From: Hypanus sabinus
Lineage: Eukaryota
Length of the DNA: 64,000 nucleotides
Assembly (NCBI RefSeq): GCF_030144855.1
Contig: NC_082723.1
Location: 27,528,001-27,592,000, forward strand
Reading direction: 5' to 3'
Shown: positions 24,338 to 36,282 of the stretch, piece by piece
How the letters are laid out: each line of letters starts with the position of its first letter
Position numbering within the stretch: the stretch's first letter is position 1
Position numbers and translations under genes: made by a program
The notes under the pieces: generated by a model
The model's database searches: none
Told to the model about the DNA's origin: nothing
The model's input: the letters and a program-made list of their open reading frames with translations, nothing else

Positions 24338-26324
24338 TTATTATTTGATAAAATTTATTTGTGGTAATATTATTTTATGTGTTGTGTGTGAGTTATATGT
24401 TGTACACATTGGTTCCAAGGAATGTTGTTTTGTTTAGTGGCAGACATATATACAGTTAAAATAACAATAAACTTGAACTTGAAAAATGAGGGAGAGCAAG
24501 ATTTGAAAGAACTGGCAGATTGTACCCTCTGGAGTGTGGTGTTAAGCCAGGCTTTATGTGTCACAGTTGTGCTGGTTTTACGGGGGAAGGGGACCTAGGA
24601 ATTTGAGGAATTGTGGCCTTTTTAGGCCTTTCATCTTAGCGTTTTTCAATATGCGTTTCTTTTAACAATATTCCCCTTTGTACTAATTGTCAGTCTGCCT
24701 TAGCGGCACTAAAGTGGCTATAGGGTACTCATGCAGCTGCATATCACAGGGGTACAATTCAGCGGCAAATGTCCTGCAGCCTCTGGTTTCGACTTGTAAA
24801 TTGGCATTTGGAAAGTAATTAAGCTAGCATAATTAAGGCTGCAATTGAAATCCATTAGAAATTAAACCAGATAACTGACGCACTAAATCTCCTTAGTTGA
24901 AGTAATCAGTGAATGGATAAAGTGTCGGCAAGGTGAAAGTGAGATTTTTCAAAAGAATATGCATGTATTTTTCATTCTCCTATGTTGTCACATACTAGAG
25001 TCCCATGAGAAGCTCTACGCGCCAGATAGTGAGCAATATTTATAAACCCATGACAGGCAATAATGGCAACTTGAAATATTCTTTTGCATGAATCTTGAGT
25101 ACTACTCAAAACTGGAGCCATCCCGAGTTTGTGATGGCAGCTGTTGAGCCCTGCAGTTACATTTCTGGGCTTTGAACGTTCTCCAGTTCAAGAAGCAGAG
25201 GCTGGAAGCTTCCTGTGTTTCTGCGGGTTGCGTGCACTCAGTCGCTGTGCCTTTTGAAGACGTGCCACCACCGATTCTGCTGGTGCCCAAGGCAAGGCAG
25301 CACCAGCAGGATCTGTTTTTTTTAAACACAGCCTCCAAGTTGTAGTCTTCAGATGTAAGCTGCACATGCTTTGTCAATGCCAGCCACTTGATTGTCTGGT
25401 CCCTTGTCGCGCTCCTGAAAGATAAGCTCTACCCAAGACCCTTCAGAGAGGAGCGGTGAGATAGATGGTGATGTGCGCAAGTGCCACTTCTGCGGGCTGA
25501 TTTATGAGATCATATTTCATACTGATGCAAGTACTGGCCTCTGGAGGGACACTTATGGATTGCCGAAGATCTGAGCAGTTTCAGCCCTGATGGGCCCATA
25601 GGCTTCAGTGCGGTGATGCCAAGCACCAAACAACGACTGTAGAATGATATTAATTTGTCATCTGGGCAGCTATGGATCCACTAAAGTGGGAAAGTGTTTC
25701 AGCTCATGCAGCTCCTACAACATAGCTATTTAATGTGCAGATTGTTGTGCTTTGATGGCCCAACAGTTTATAAAATGTTGATTTTATGCTTTTTTTAAAA
25801 AACAATTTATATGAGACGGCTGGGTTACTTAGGAATGAAACATTCTCACTGTCCCTTCCATAACCCCAGTGCTGCTGTCTCATAACAGTACTTTTTACCT
25901 CATGATACACAATAAAAAAAATATTTATCAGATCAGTAAACTCTGTAGTTTCGAACCATTACCACTGCATTGTTTTGGGCAAAGTTCTCATAATGCCTTT
26001 CTGATTTATCTTTTTGTCTTGTTATTTTATACATTTTTGTCACTCTTAATCATCTTCTTTGAGCCAGGCAAGCCTGATATAAAATAATTGACCCTTCCTG
26101 CTATTTAACCTCTAGATATCTCTGGAGTTAGGGGAGGTGACCTGAAGAGAATGTTTAATCATATCTTGTTGTGAGAGCAGGAGGAAATAGAATTAGACTG
26201 GATAAAATTGTCAAAATCAAGGAAATTTATTATCAAAGTATGTATATGTTACCATATACCTTAACATTCATTCAGATCACAGATATAACTTTAAATCCAG
26301 TCCACAGAAGAATAGGGGGTGTAG

Positions 26325-27423
26325 GGGGATCTTATTGAAACCTATTGAATATTGAAAGGCCTTGATAGAGTGGACAAGAGGAGGATATTTCCTATAGTGC
26401 AGTGAGTCTAGGACAGGGGTCGGCAACGTTTACCACTAAAAGAGCCAATATGGACCCATTTCCCACAGAAAAGAAAACACTGGGAGCCACAAAACGAAAT
26501 AACACTGCATACAACGGGTTTTTTTTGCCTTTATGCTATGTATAAACAAACTATAATGTGTTGCATTTTTGAAATTGATGAACTCCTGCAGAGAAAACGA
26601 AATTACATTTCTGCATGCAACAAAAACATTTTGAACTCCGAAAAAAAGACGTTGGGTTGAAGGTTACTACATAGGTAGCCTACCTTGGATCGAAGAATTA
26701 AAAGAAAGCGCGCACTGGCGGGTGTCAGGCATTGGCAGTTGTGATGTATATTAATAGCGATAAAAAACACGTTGTAGCGATGTAGCGCTACACGCAGCGC
26801 TAAAATAAAGACTGCAGTCAAAGGTAACTTTATTCGAACAGCCTTGCTTTAAAGCCTCCCTCAACCCGTCCCCATGGGCGCGGATGCTCCAAAAGACACG
26901 TACTCACAAACCCCCGTAGGCTATCTCCCTTAGTCGGAACGGTGGCTAATTGTTCGGATGTGCCAGGAAACGGTGTCTCCGCAAAGTACAAGATCACCAT
27001 AATCTTCAAATTTCGAATTACATTTCAAAAGCTAACAAACCACGGGGAGCCGCATCACAGAGATCAAAGAGCCGCATGTGGCTCTGGAGCCACAGGTTGC
27101 CGACCTCTGGTCTAGGACCAGAGAACACAGCCTCAAAATAACAGGGCGTCCCTTTAGAACAGAAATGTGGAGGAGTTTCTTTAGCCAGAGGGTGGTGAAT
27201 CTGTGGAATTCATTGTTGTAGACATCGGTTGAGGCCAAGTCTTTGAGTATATTTAAAGCAGAAATTGATAGGTTCTTGATTAGTCAGGGCGTCAAAGATT
27301 ATTTGGGGGGGAGGCAGAAAAATGGGGTTGAAAGGGATAATAAATCAGCTATGATGGAATGGCAGAGTAGATTTTGTTGGCTGAATGGCCTAATTAGCTC
27401 CTATGTTTTACGGTCTTATGGTC
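26325..27423 (+). mobile_element. CR1 3' end interrupted by a hAT element
   Basis: GGGGGATCTTATTGAAACCTATTG...GTCTAGGA|insert|GTCTAGGACCAGAG...GGTCTTATGGTC. Confidence 0.85.
26414..27109. mobile_element. Non-autonomous hAT (Charlie-like) element, 696 bp
   Basis: TIR CAGGGGTCGGCAAC / GTTGCCGACCTCTG; perfect 8-bp TSD GTCTAGGA (26406-13, 27110-17); GAGCC/GGCTC subterminal motifs. Confidence 0.92.
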
Positions 27424-27839
27424 CAATGAGTGTTTGAGAGCTCTGAATAACATTCCATTTTATTTCTCCTTTAAAAACTTCCCATGTTTTAACCGCAAAG
27501 CATGGATAAAATTGTCAAAATCAGGGAAATTTATTACCAAGGTATGTATATTTTACCATGTACCTCAACATTCATTTAGATCATAGATTGATTAGAATTC
27601 TGTCTAAACCTCAGTTAGACTTGCTGGGTAAATGAGATTAGGCTGAAGAGCTAACTATAGCCCAGTAATAGTGGTGAGCAATGACTGGGTACAGTCCACT
27701 AGAGGTCTATGTAGTGTAGCAGCTGTGACAGGTTTATAAAATTATGGGCATCCTGCTAGTGTAGCAGATAGAGTAACTCCATAATAGCTCTAGCGACCTG
27801 GGTTCAATTACACCCGTGTGACTAATTCACCTACTAACC

Positions 27840-28046
27840 CGAGTAACACCACAAGATACTGGAGGAACTCAGCAGGTCAGGCAGCGTCTGTGGAGAGGAA
27901 TAAAGAGGCGTCTGTGGAGAGGAATAAAGAGCTGACGTTTTGGAATGAGACTTCATCAGCACTGATAAAATGCCAGCTCTTTATTTCTCTCCATAGATGC
28001 TGCCTGACCTACTGAGTTTCTTAAGCATGTTGTGTGTGTTACTCGG
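27840..28046. mobile_element. Fold-back Penelope-like element inserted in a SINE
   Basis: CCGAGTAACAC...GTGTTACTCGG inverted arms; centre CTTCATCAGCACTGATAAAA; internal 24-bp tandem duplication 27884-27931. Confidence 0.75.
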
Positions 28047-30481
28047 ATTACTAAGTTAGTCACGTAGGTGAAGTTGGGTGGCGCACTCTCGTTGTTCAGA
28101 AGGGCCTGTTACCATGCTGTACTTTGAAATGAATATTGATTGTGTGTTCATAAAGTGATGCTAAGTGTCTGTACATAAGGTGACTGATCAAAAGAGAGCT
28201 ACAAAGAAACATTGTAAACTTATCCTCCCATTGATCAAGGCCCTCTAGTCAAACATGGAACACCAGGTTAAGAAAGCAAATATGGAACATGGAACATAAA
28301 ACACTACAACCCTTTGGCCCACCATGTTGTGCCGACCTTTTAACCAAGATCAATCTAACCCGTTGCTCCTACACAGCTCGCCATTTCACTGTCCTGAAAA
28401 ATCCTTCAAACTTGAGCTTGGAAATAAATCTTTATATTGTCTATCTACCAAAGGAATGCTATTTTTGCCTTGAGTGTGCGTGTGGTGAAGATTTACTAGA
28501 TCTGATTTCTGAGATGTGCAGATTATTAGAGATTGAGGAAGATCTGTCTATTCTTGAGTTTAGAAGAATGATTGAAATAATCTGCCACATGCAGGGTTTG
28601 GAAAGGGACTGGAAACCTAAACTTGTCAGGAGAAGTGGGATAAGGGTGCGACCCGTTTACAACTCGGGGTGTCAGAGTTCAGAGCTCAATTCTGATGTCA
28701 TCTGCAAGGAGACTGCATGTCCTTTCTGTGGAATACATGAGATTCCTCCTGGTCCTCCGATTTCCTCCCACGGTTCAAACACATACCGGCTGCTAGGTTA
28801 ATTTGTCATTGTAAATCGTCCTGTGATTAGTTCAGCATTAAATGAGGGGTCACTGAACCAAGCGGCTCGAAGGGCCAGAAGGTCCTATTCTCTACTGCAT
28901 CTCTAAATAAAGTAAAATAAATAATTCTTGGAAAATGATGGTCTAGGAACAAACTGAGTGGTGTTTACTCTCCTCCAGAGTTGTAAATTTCTGGAAATTT
29001 TTAACAAAGTAGCCTTTAGTTCAGTATACTTAAAACTGAAACCAGTAGAAAACTATTGGTGTTTTGTGCAATATTTAAATTTTCCTTTTTTTGTATTCTA
29101 AAGCAGCTAAATTTGGTTAAATAAGAGTAAGTGATATTAAGTGATAATGAAAAAACACTTACCTATGCACAGGCAAAGGAAGGCAAGATCTGTTCTGCCA
29201 GAAATACTGTTGTTCATTAGGCTGTGTATTGTGTGTGGGGATTTCTAGACTTGGCTATTGCAGGATCTTTTAACCTAAATGTCTACAGTGGAGGCCGCAA
29301 AGATGTTTGCTTTTGTACGCTAAATAACGTCCCTTATTTGAAGACAGTCTGCTTTCTGCCACGTTTACTAACAGTTGTATTTGGACAATGCCACTAACGT
29401 CACAATGGAAAGTAGTTTGAGGTGAGGTACATATGTATGGAGTGGGGCTCCATAAATTAAACCTTCATGTCATCATAATATGCATGCATTGGGCAGGCAT
29501 TGAAAATAAACAGTTTTGCTGTGAACCCGGAAACTTTATCCTGCAAAAATGCACCCAGTTTAATCAATCTCATTTAGTCCACATCTGTCAGATGGGAAAA
29601 GCGGAGCGTAATGACGAGCTGCATATGAATTCGGTGTGTGTTACTGACAGTAATCCGAACCGCCTGCCACAGGGCTCAGGTGTGGAAGTCCGCAGGCTAG
29701 TACCACCAGCTGACATTTTAAGTTTTAATGATTCCATGGGTAGGTGACCACTTGCTGTGAGGTTTGCTTACCGGATCAAGACAGCAGGCAATGGAGATAA
29801 AGCAAGACTATTAGTGTCTCAGTGAATACTCTGACAAAGCAGTTTAAAAAAAGTCATGAGTCTTGGATTATTGTGTCATTATTTCCGTGACTGTAAGTCT
29901 CTTGTCCTGTCTGTTCGGACAATTACACTGCAGTACATGGAGGAAGCAAAGTGCCATTTCCTAAAAAGACGTATGAATATATTGTCCTTCCCAAAGGGAT
30001 ACTTAAAGATGATATTTTATTGAATTATGGCAAACAGAGCTGGATTATAGAATACATTACTTTTGTTTATCCTTGTGTGCATGCATTTCTCTGACTTAAA
30101 TTATAATATTAGCCTGGATTGTATTTTATCTTGGCATAAACTGCATTTTTCACTCCTCTGATTGTTAATGGTGAATTAATAATTTTAAACATCCATCGAT
30201 ATGATTGTAAACCCATCTTTGTTTGAAGGTGAAACGGCTAATGAATTCATTTAAACTGGTCAGACGTATCTTGAACTGATCCTAATGCTCCAGAGGCAGC
30301 AGATGTTAAATTTGCATTAAAAATAACGTGGCTAATCTAAGATCAGTTAGGTCAATGGGCAAAAGACATTTTGCTTAAATTTGTAATCACATTTGACTTT
30401 TCTTTCCAGTAACCAAGGCTAACAGTGGAAAGCAATTTGGTTTGACATTCGGATGCACTTTTCTGGATAAATGCAGTAGTA

Positions 30482-31084
30482 TAGTGGATTCCAGTTAATT
30501 GGGCTGTCGGTTAATCAGGGCAGCTGCTTATTTGGGTCAATTCTTTTTTTAAAAAAAACAAAGACTAATTGGGAAAATAACTAGAATTCCCTTCATTTAT
30601 TTGGGATATCATGCTGCTTAATTGGGACAGGAAGCTTTAGTTGAACAGTTTCTAACTAACATCAGGTTTGTGTTCTTGTGTGCTTGTTAGATGCTACACC
30701 GTGCTTAGAGCAAACAGTTTTAAAATAGCAGTAGTTTGTGTTCAAAAAGCAGTGGTTTTCGTAACTTATAGTTGGCAAAAGATAATCAACATGATTAGGC
30801 ACTATCCCGATTTTAATAATTTTGATGAATCAGAAGAACACAACAGCGTATACTGGATGAATTCCTCAGGTAGAAACTATTACGAACTAATACACAGTTT
30901 TGTAGTACTGGAGTAGCATTGGTAATGTTCTAATTTGTTCAGTATTTCATTTAAATGCATAATTTGTTACTCAGTTAAATGGTATTTTTAACTAGTTCCA
31001 TGAAACTTTGTCTAATTGGAGCAGCCGCTTAGTAGAACACAAATGTACTGGTCCCAATGTGTTCCAATTAATCGGACTCCACTG
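30482..31084. mobile_element. pogo/Tigger-like non-autonomous element, copy 3
   Basis: TA|TAGTGGATTCCAGTTAATTGGG ... TTAATCGGACTCCACTG|TA. Confidence 0.8.
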
Positions 31085-31544
31085 TATTTTAAATACTTGC
31101 CTCCATCTAGATATTCCTGATTTTTAGTATTCCTGTAACTAACTATAAGTCTTTTGATGAATGTTACATAGACTGTGTACAAATTTCTGTAATATGTATA
31201 AATGTAGTCATCATGGGCACTTACGAAATAATCACAAAAGCTGTAAGAACTGCTTTAGCAGTTAATATATATTAATTGCACTAAAAGGCACCACTGTTTT
31301 AGTCACTTAATTGATGTGAAAAATAAACTATAATTCACGGTTCTTTAAAAATGAAATATTACTGATCACAAAACAGCTCTAGAGAATAGATTTTGTTAAA
31401 TATGATGGAAAACAGCCATACATTAATGTGAGAGAGATGAAGAGCTGTAACACTATAGCCTCCAGTGGTTTAATCTGATCCATGAAGATGTATCTACTTT
31501 TCAACTTGTAAGATTAAAAACTTGGCATCAAAACAGTTTGCATA

Positions 31545-31975
31545 ATTACTTACTTACTGCCCATTACAACATTGGTGTTTAGAGCAGTGATGAAGGTCCT
31601 CCATCTCTGGCGGTGTTCAGGTCTTCCTTCATCTTGTCAGTAGCTTCTTCTCGGGTTTTCACTACAGTTAGTCATGCAAGTTCCGGGTGGAAACTCAGGA
31701 ATACTGTTGCGCTCAGATGCAGAAGGATTCTTCATTGCTGTTTCCGTAACAGTTTTGGTCTACCAGTTAAGGTTGTTAGACCTGAACTGAACCCTGAACC
31801 TGGGAGACCGGTGCACCACATCTGGCCTCTACCCTTTGACCTGCTTAGCATGGGTGACCTTACAAAGAGCTGAAGCACAAGGCCCTGACTCCAGCCAACA
31901 TGGCTCTCCGGCTCATTGGGGCGCGCCAGACTCCAAACCCCACGACAAGGTTGCAGTCCTCTTGGAAGAGGGTGT
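31545..31975 (-). mobile_element. RTE (Rex3/Expander-like) short internally deleted element
   Basis: Minus strand starts with RTE-type 5' UTR ACCTTGTCGTGG...GGTCACCCATG and ends in an RTE-type 3' end with (TAAG)n tail; no ORF body. Confidence 0.65.
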
Positions 31976-34238
31976 GACTTGGTTTAAAGTACATAAAATC
32001 ATTACCATTCTCTCTACTGTTTTTCCTCCCAGAGTCTATGAAGAATGGGAGTACGGATGACAACAAAGCTTGACATCAGATGCGTACCCCTAGGGTACCT
32101 AAACTGTCACATTCTCCTTTTTATAAGATGCTGCCTGGCTTGCAGAGTCTTTTAAAATATTTTTGCTCTTTTGTATCTGTAGTATTCACTATAATAGTAG
32201 GAAAAGTGGAAGAATAATAGCAATGTGCTTTGTTAGATATCTAGTCAAGGGAGAATTAACCCAAGCCATGGTTTAGAATGGAGATTTTGTAAATCTGTAG
32301 ATCTGGTGCTGATAAACCGCCTTTTACTATTTTATGAAAGCCAGAAAATGGATGCAAGGCTGATTCATTTCAGTGAATAAATGAGTCACAGAGATCATAT
32401 TTTAAAAGATATATTTCAATTTAATAATTTGTAATTTTCAGTTGAACATTCTTGAATTAGATATTTTTTTAAAGTATGTTAAAATTGTTTATAATGTAGA
32501 TCAAAAGTAACACTTAATGTGGAAGTGTCCAGGAATTTTTTCCCAGCTGGGCAATATTTTATGACAAACCAAGCATTTGGGGATTTGCAGGCAGCAGCAT
32601 AAATTTATTGTTGTTTTTTCCCCTTCTGTGAATATATTTTAAAATAATGCTTTCTTTTTCTATGATGAGGAAAAAAATAGTTGTGTGGCAAAATTCTCAG
32701 CTTAGTGATTGTTTGAAATTCCTGATGCTCTGAAACGATTGTTGTTTGTACATGCAAATCTATAGCTAGCTGGCTTCGAGTTCCTGACAACGTAGTTCCA
32801 CCCCCCCCCCCACCTCCCCCCACTACCCGTTAAAGGACCAGCACAGTATCTACTCTTGATGGGCTCCAGTTTGTGTTGGTGCTCAGTCCTTCAGATAATG
32901 AGTCTGCAGGCAGTATTCAGCTGTCAGAAGCTCATTTGTATAATCTCAGATTGCATGACCAGCAACAACAGCTACATGCAGTTCACTATTGCAGCAATGT
33001 TTAAATCATCTTCGAGGATAGCAACGCTCAGAAAGCCTGCTAGTTCTAAATGCACCAGATTGGCAGTGTTATAAATATTTTATCAAACACTGTTGTTGAT
33101 TTGCAGTACATGCTGAGATTTTTATTTATCACACAGGGTGTTAATTCCTTTGGTACTTTCTGAAAATGGCTATTACTGGTCAGTGTAATGACTTTTGCTA
33201 TTGCTTTGGCTCGCCGTGCTCTGGGATGCTGCTGAGGTGACCGTAACATGACTGGTGCAGACCTCTCCGCTCTTCTCGCAAGTGCAGCTCATTTGTCATC
33301 TGGCAGTAAATCGAGCTGCACACGAGAGCCCAGGGACACATTCTGTGATGGTCTGATGGAAGTGAGCAGATAGTGCTGTAAAGGCAGCCTGTCACAGATG
33401 ACTTGTGCTACAGCACATCTTTTCATTCAGGCTCCGCTAAGGTAAAGCGCTTGAGCTCGTGGGGATGGCACTGCCTCGAGTAAGGGCGACATGGTAGTCC
33501 AGCGGTTAGCACAATTGCCTTCTGGCACCAACCACTGCCAGTCAGATTTAGTTCAATGGCATAAGCGCAGCTCAGTAGCGTAGCGGTTAGTATAGTGTTA
33601 TTAGAACGGAGATGAGGAGGAATTTCTTTATTCAATAGGTTTCAATGCAATTGCCCCCCCCCCCATTCTTTTAAGCTTCAGCTAGTACAGACCCAGAGCC
33701 ATCAAACACTAGTATAGATTGGCAAACTGTAAAGTTGTATATGCAATGGAGTGTGTGTGAAAGAGGGTTTTTTACTGAGAAAGCCATTGATGAAGATTGC
33801 AGCAGCAATATTAACACTATACAGCTTACAGCAAGTGATCTGGAGGAAGAAATAATGAGTTGATATATTGATCTCATGTGTTCAGCTGAAGGTAATTCTC
33901 TTTCCTGCTGTTTAATTCCTTATTTTCCTTCCCCTGCATTTGAATCTTTCATCAGTCAGTAATCTATCCTAATCAATTTTCTTCATAATCACTGGGCTTC
34001 TTTTTTCTGAAGAATGCAAGCATGTCCCGACAGCTTGTGGTCACGATGTCTTGCATCTTTCTTCCTAGTACCTTCTGCGCAGGTGGGCCTCTTCGTGGAC
34101 TTCAGTTTGCTAAATTTGAGCTGAGCCCCTCATTGTGTGCTGTATGATGCATTTTTCATTCGTTTAGGAAGAAAAAACTGTGATAGAAAGAAATAAAAAG
34201 CAAATAAAGCTGCCAAACAGGAGGCTGAATAATTCAAA

Positions 34239-34929
34239 CACAAGAGATTTTGCAGATGCTGGAAATCTAGAGCAACATACACAAAATGCTGGAGGAACTC
34301 AGCAGGTCAGATAGTGTCTGTGGAAATCATTTCAGGCTGAGACCCTTCTTCAGGACTGGAAAAGAAGGGGGAAGATGTCAGAATAAAAAGATGGGAGAAA
34401 GAGGATGGAGGACTAGCTAGAAGGTGGTAGTGAAGCCAAGTGGATGGGAAGTGGTCTGAGATCGGCTTCATCTGCGAAAAGCAGAATTTCCCATTGGCTA
34501 ACCATTTTAACTCCTATCCTTATTCACATGCTGACGTGTCAGTCCATGGCCTGCCACTCTCAGGCTGGAGGAACAACACCTCATTTTCCGTCTAGGTAGC
34601 CTTCAACCTGATGGCATAAACATTGATTTCTCCTTCTGTTAATTTCTTTTCCTCCTGACTTATTCTATTCCCAGTTCTGGCATCTTATTTCTTCTCCTCA
34701 CCCGTCTATCACAACCCTCCCCCCCCCCCCCCCCACCCTCCGTCTTCCCTTCTCCCAGCCACTCTCCTCTCCTATTAGATTCCTTCCTGCCAGTCCTTTA
34801 CCTTTCCCACCCACCTGGCTTCACCTATCACCTTCCGGCTATCCTCCCTCCCCTCCCCCAGCTTTTTATTCTGGTGAATTCCCCTTTCCTTTCCAGTCTT
34901 GACTTGCTGAGTTCCTGCAGCCTTTTCTG
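34239..34929 (+). mobile_element. Penelope-like element: inverted 5' terminal repeat, GIY-YIG C-terminus and 3' repeat
   Basis: Decayed ..PLANHFNS..RLEEQHLIFRLGSLQPDGIN; 5' part is the reverse complement of the 3' part; TSD TGAATAATT(C/T)AAA at 34226-38 and 34930-42. Confidence 0.85.
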
Positions 34930-36198
34930 TGAATAATTTAAATGACTTTGAATACCCCCAAAACCATCACTTGTAGATGAAAGTCTTGGCTAATTGTGTG
35001 GAATATGAATATGTATTAATAACAGGCATGTAATACAGAGGGACTGGGTTGATAGGTGTTGGGGATGTTTTATGACTTTCTTCGCACTTACCTGCACAGA
35101 GGAACAGGTAAGCTCTGTGTCAGTGAGTGAACTCTGAAATTATGCCCACTCTTGGTACAGGCTGTTAATAGTGTAACAGGGATGTAGTGGGTCTGAGGTA
35201 AAACAAGTTTTAAAAAAATATATTTTTATATAGAGGTACAGCACAGAACAGGTGTAAGAAGCTGCACTCCGCAGCAACCCGCCTATTTAACCCTAACCTT
35301 ATCACAGGACAACTTTATAATGACCAATTAACCTACTAACCTATATATCTGTGGGAGGAAACTCACATGCACACAGGAAGCTTCTTACAGACGGCATCAC
35401 ACTTGAACTCCGAACTCCAACACACCAAGCTGTAATTTATTCATTTAGTTCCTGAAAACCAAACACAAATCAGAGAATTATATTTAAAAACTCAAAAAGA
35501 CTGTGATCAAATGGAAACATTGGTAAACATCCACCAGGAATTTGTCAAAATGAGGAATGATAGTTAAATTAAATGTCCTGGAATATGTCTAGTAAGTTAT
35601 GGCTTATGGGCATATTGGTACATTACATCTAATTTACTGTATTTCTAAATTAAAATTTCAATCATAGTGTTTCCAAAAAGTGGAACCTTTCCAGGTTTAT
35701 TATCACTGACATATATGTTGTGGAAATTGTTGTTTTGCAGCAGCCTATGGTGCAACACATAAAATACACAATCAAATACAATAAGAATTTATATATGTAA
35801 AATAAATTGAATAAGTAGTGAAAAAAAGAGCAAAAATTATAAGCTCTTTGAGTTGGTTCCACAGTACATCTATAGAAATTTGTTAGACATACCAAATCTC
35901 CTCAAACCCCTCAGGAAATGTAGCCCCAGTCATGCCTTCTTCATAATTGTATCGATATGTTGGGTTGAGGATAGATCTTCAAAGATATTGACACCCAGGA
36001 ACTTGAAATTGCGCATCCTTTTCCACTGGTTAACCCTTGATGAGTACTGATGTGTGTTCCCTCGATTTCCCCTTCCTAAAATCCATGTGCCACATGCTGA
36101 CCTTACTTTAGAAAAAAAAAGGGGGGGGGAATTCACAATTGGTTTAAAGCTCCAGAGGGGAAAAAATCAATTAGTTTAAAATTGCAATGAATTAGTTT

Positions 36199-36200
<2 letters not shown>

Positions 36201-36278
<78 letters not shown>
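36201..36278. repeat. (GT)39 microsatellite
   Basis: Perfect dinucleotide run. Confidence 0.98.

Positions 36279-36282
<4 letters not shown>

Noticed and set aside
25200-25255. Y RNA or vault RNA (GGCTGG...GCCTTTT)
   Set aside because: Too short; lacks the Ro-binding stem motifs and A/B boxes
28289-28801. 170-aa ORF
   Set aside because: Runs across CR1 and SINE fragments; a chance open frame
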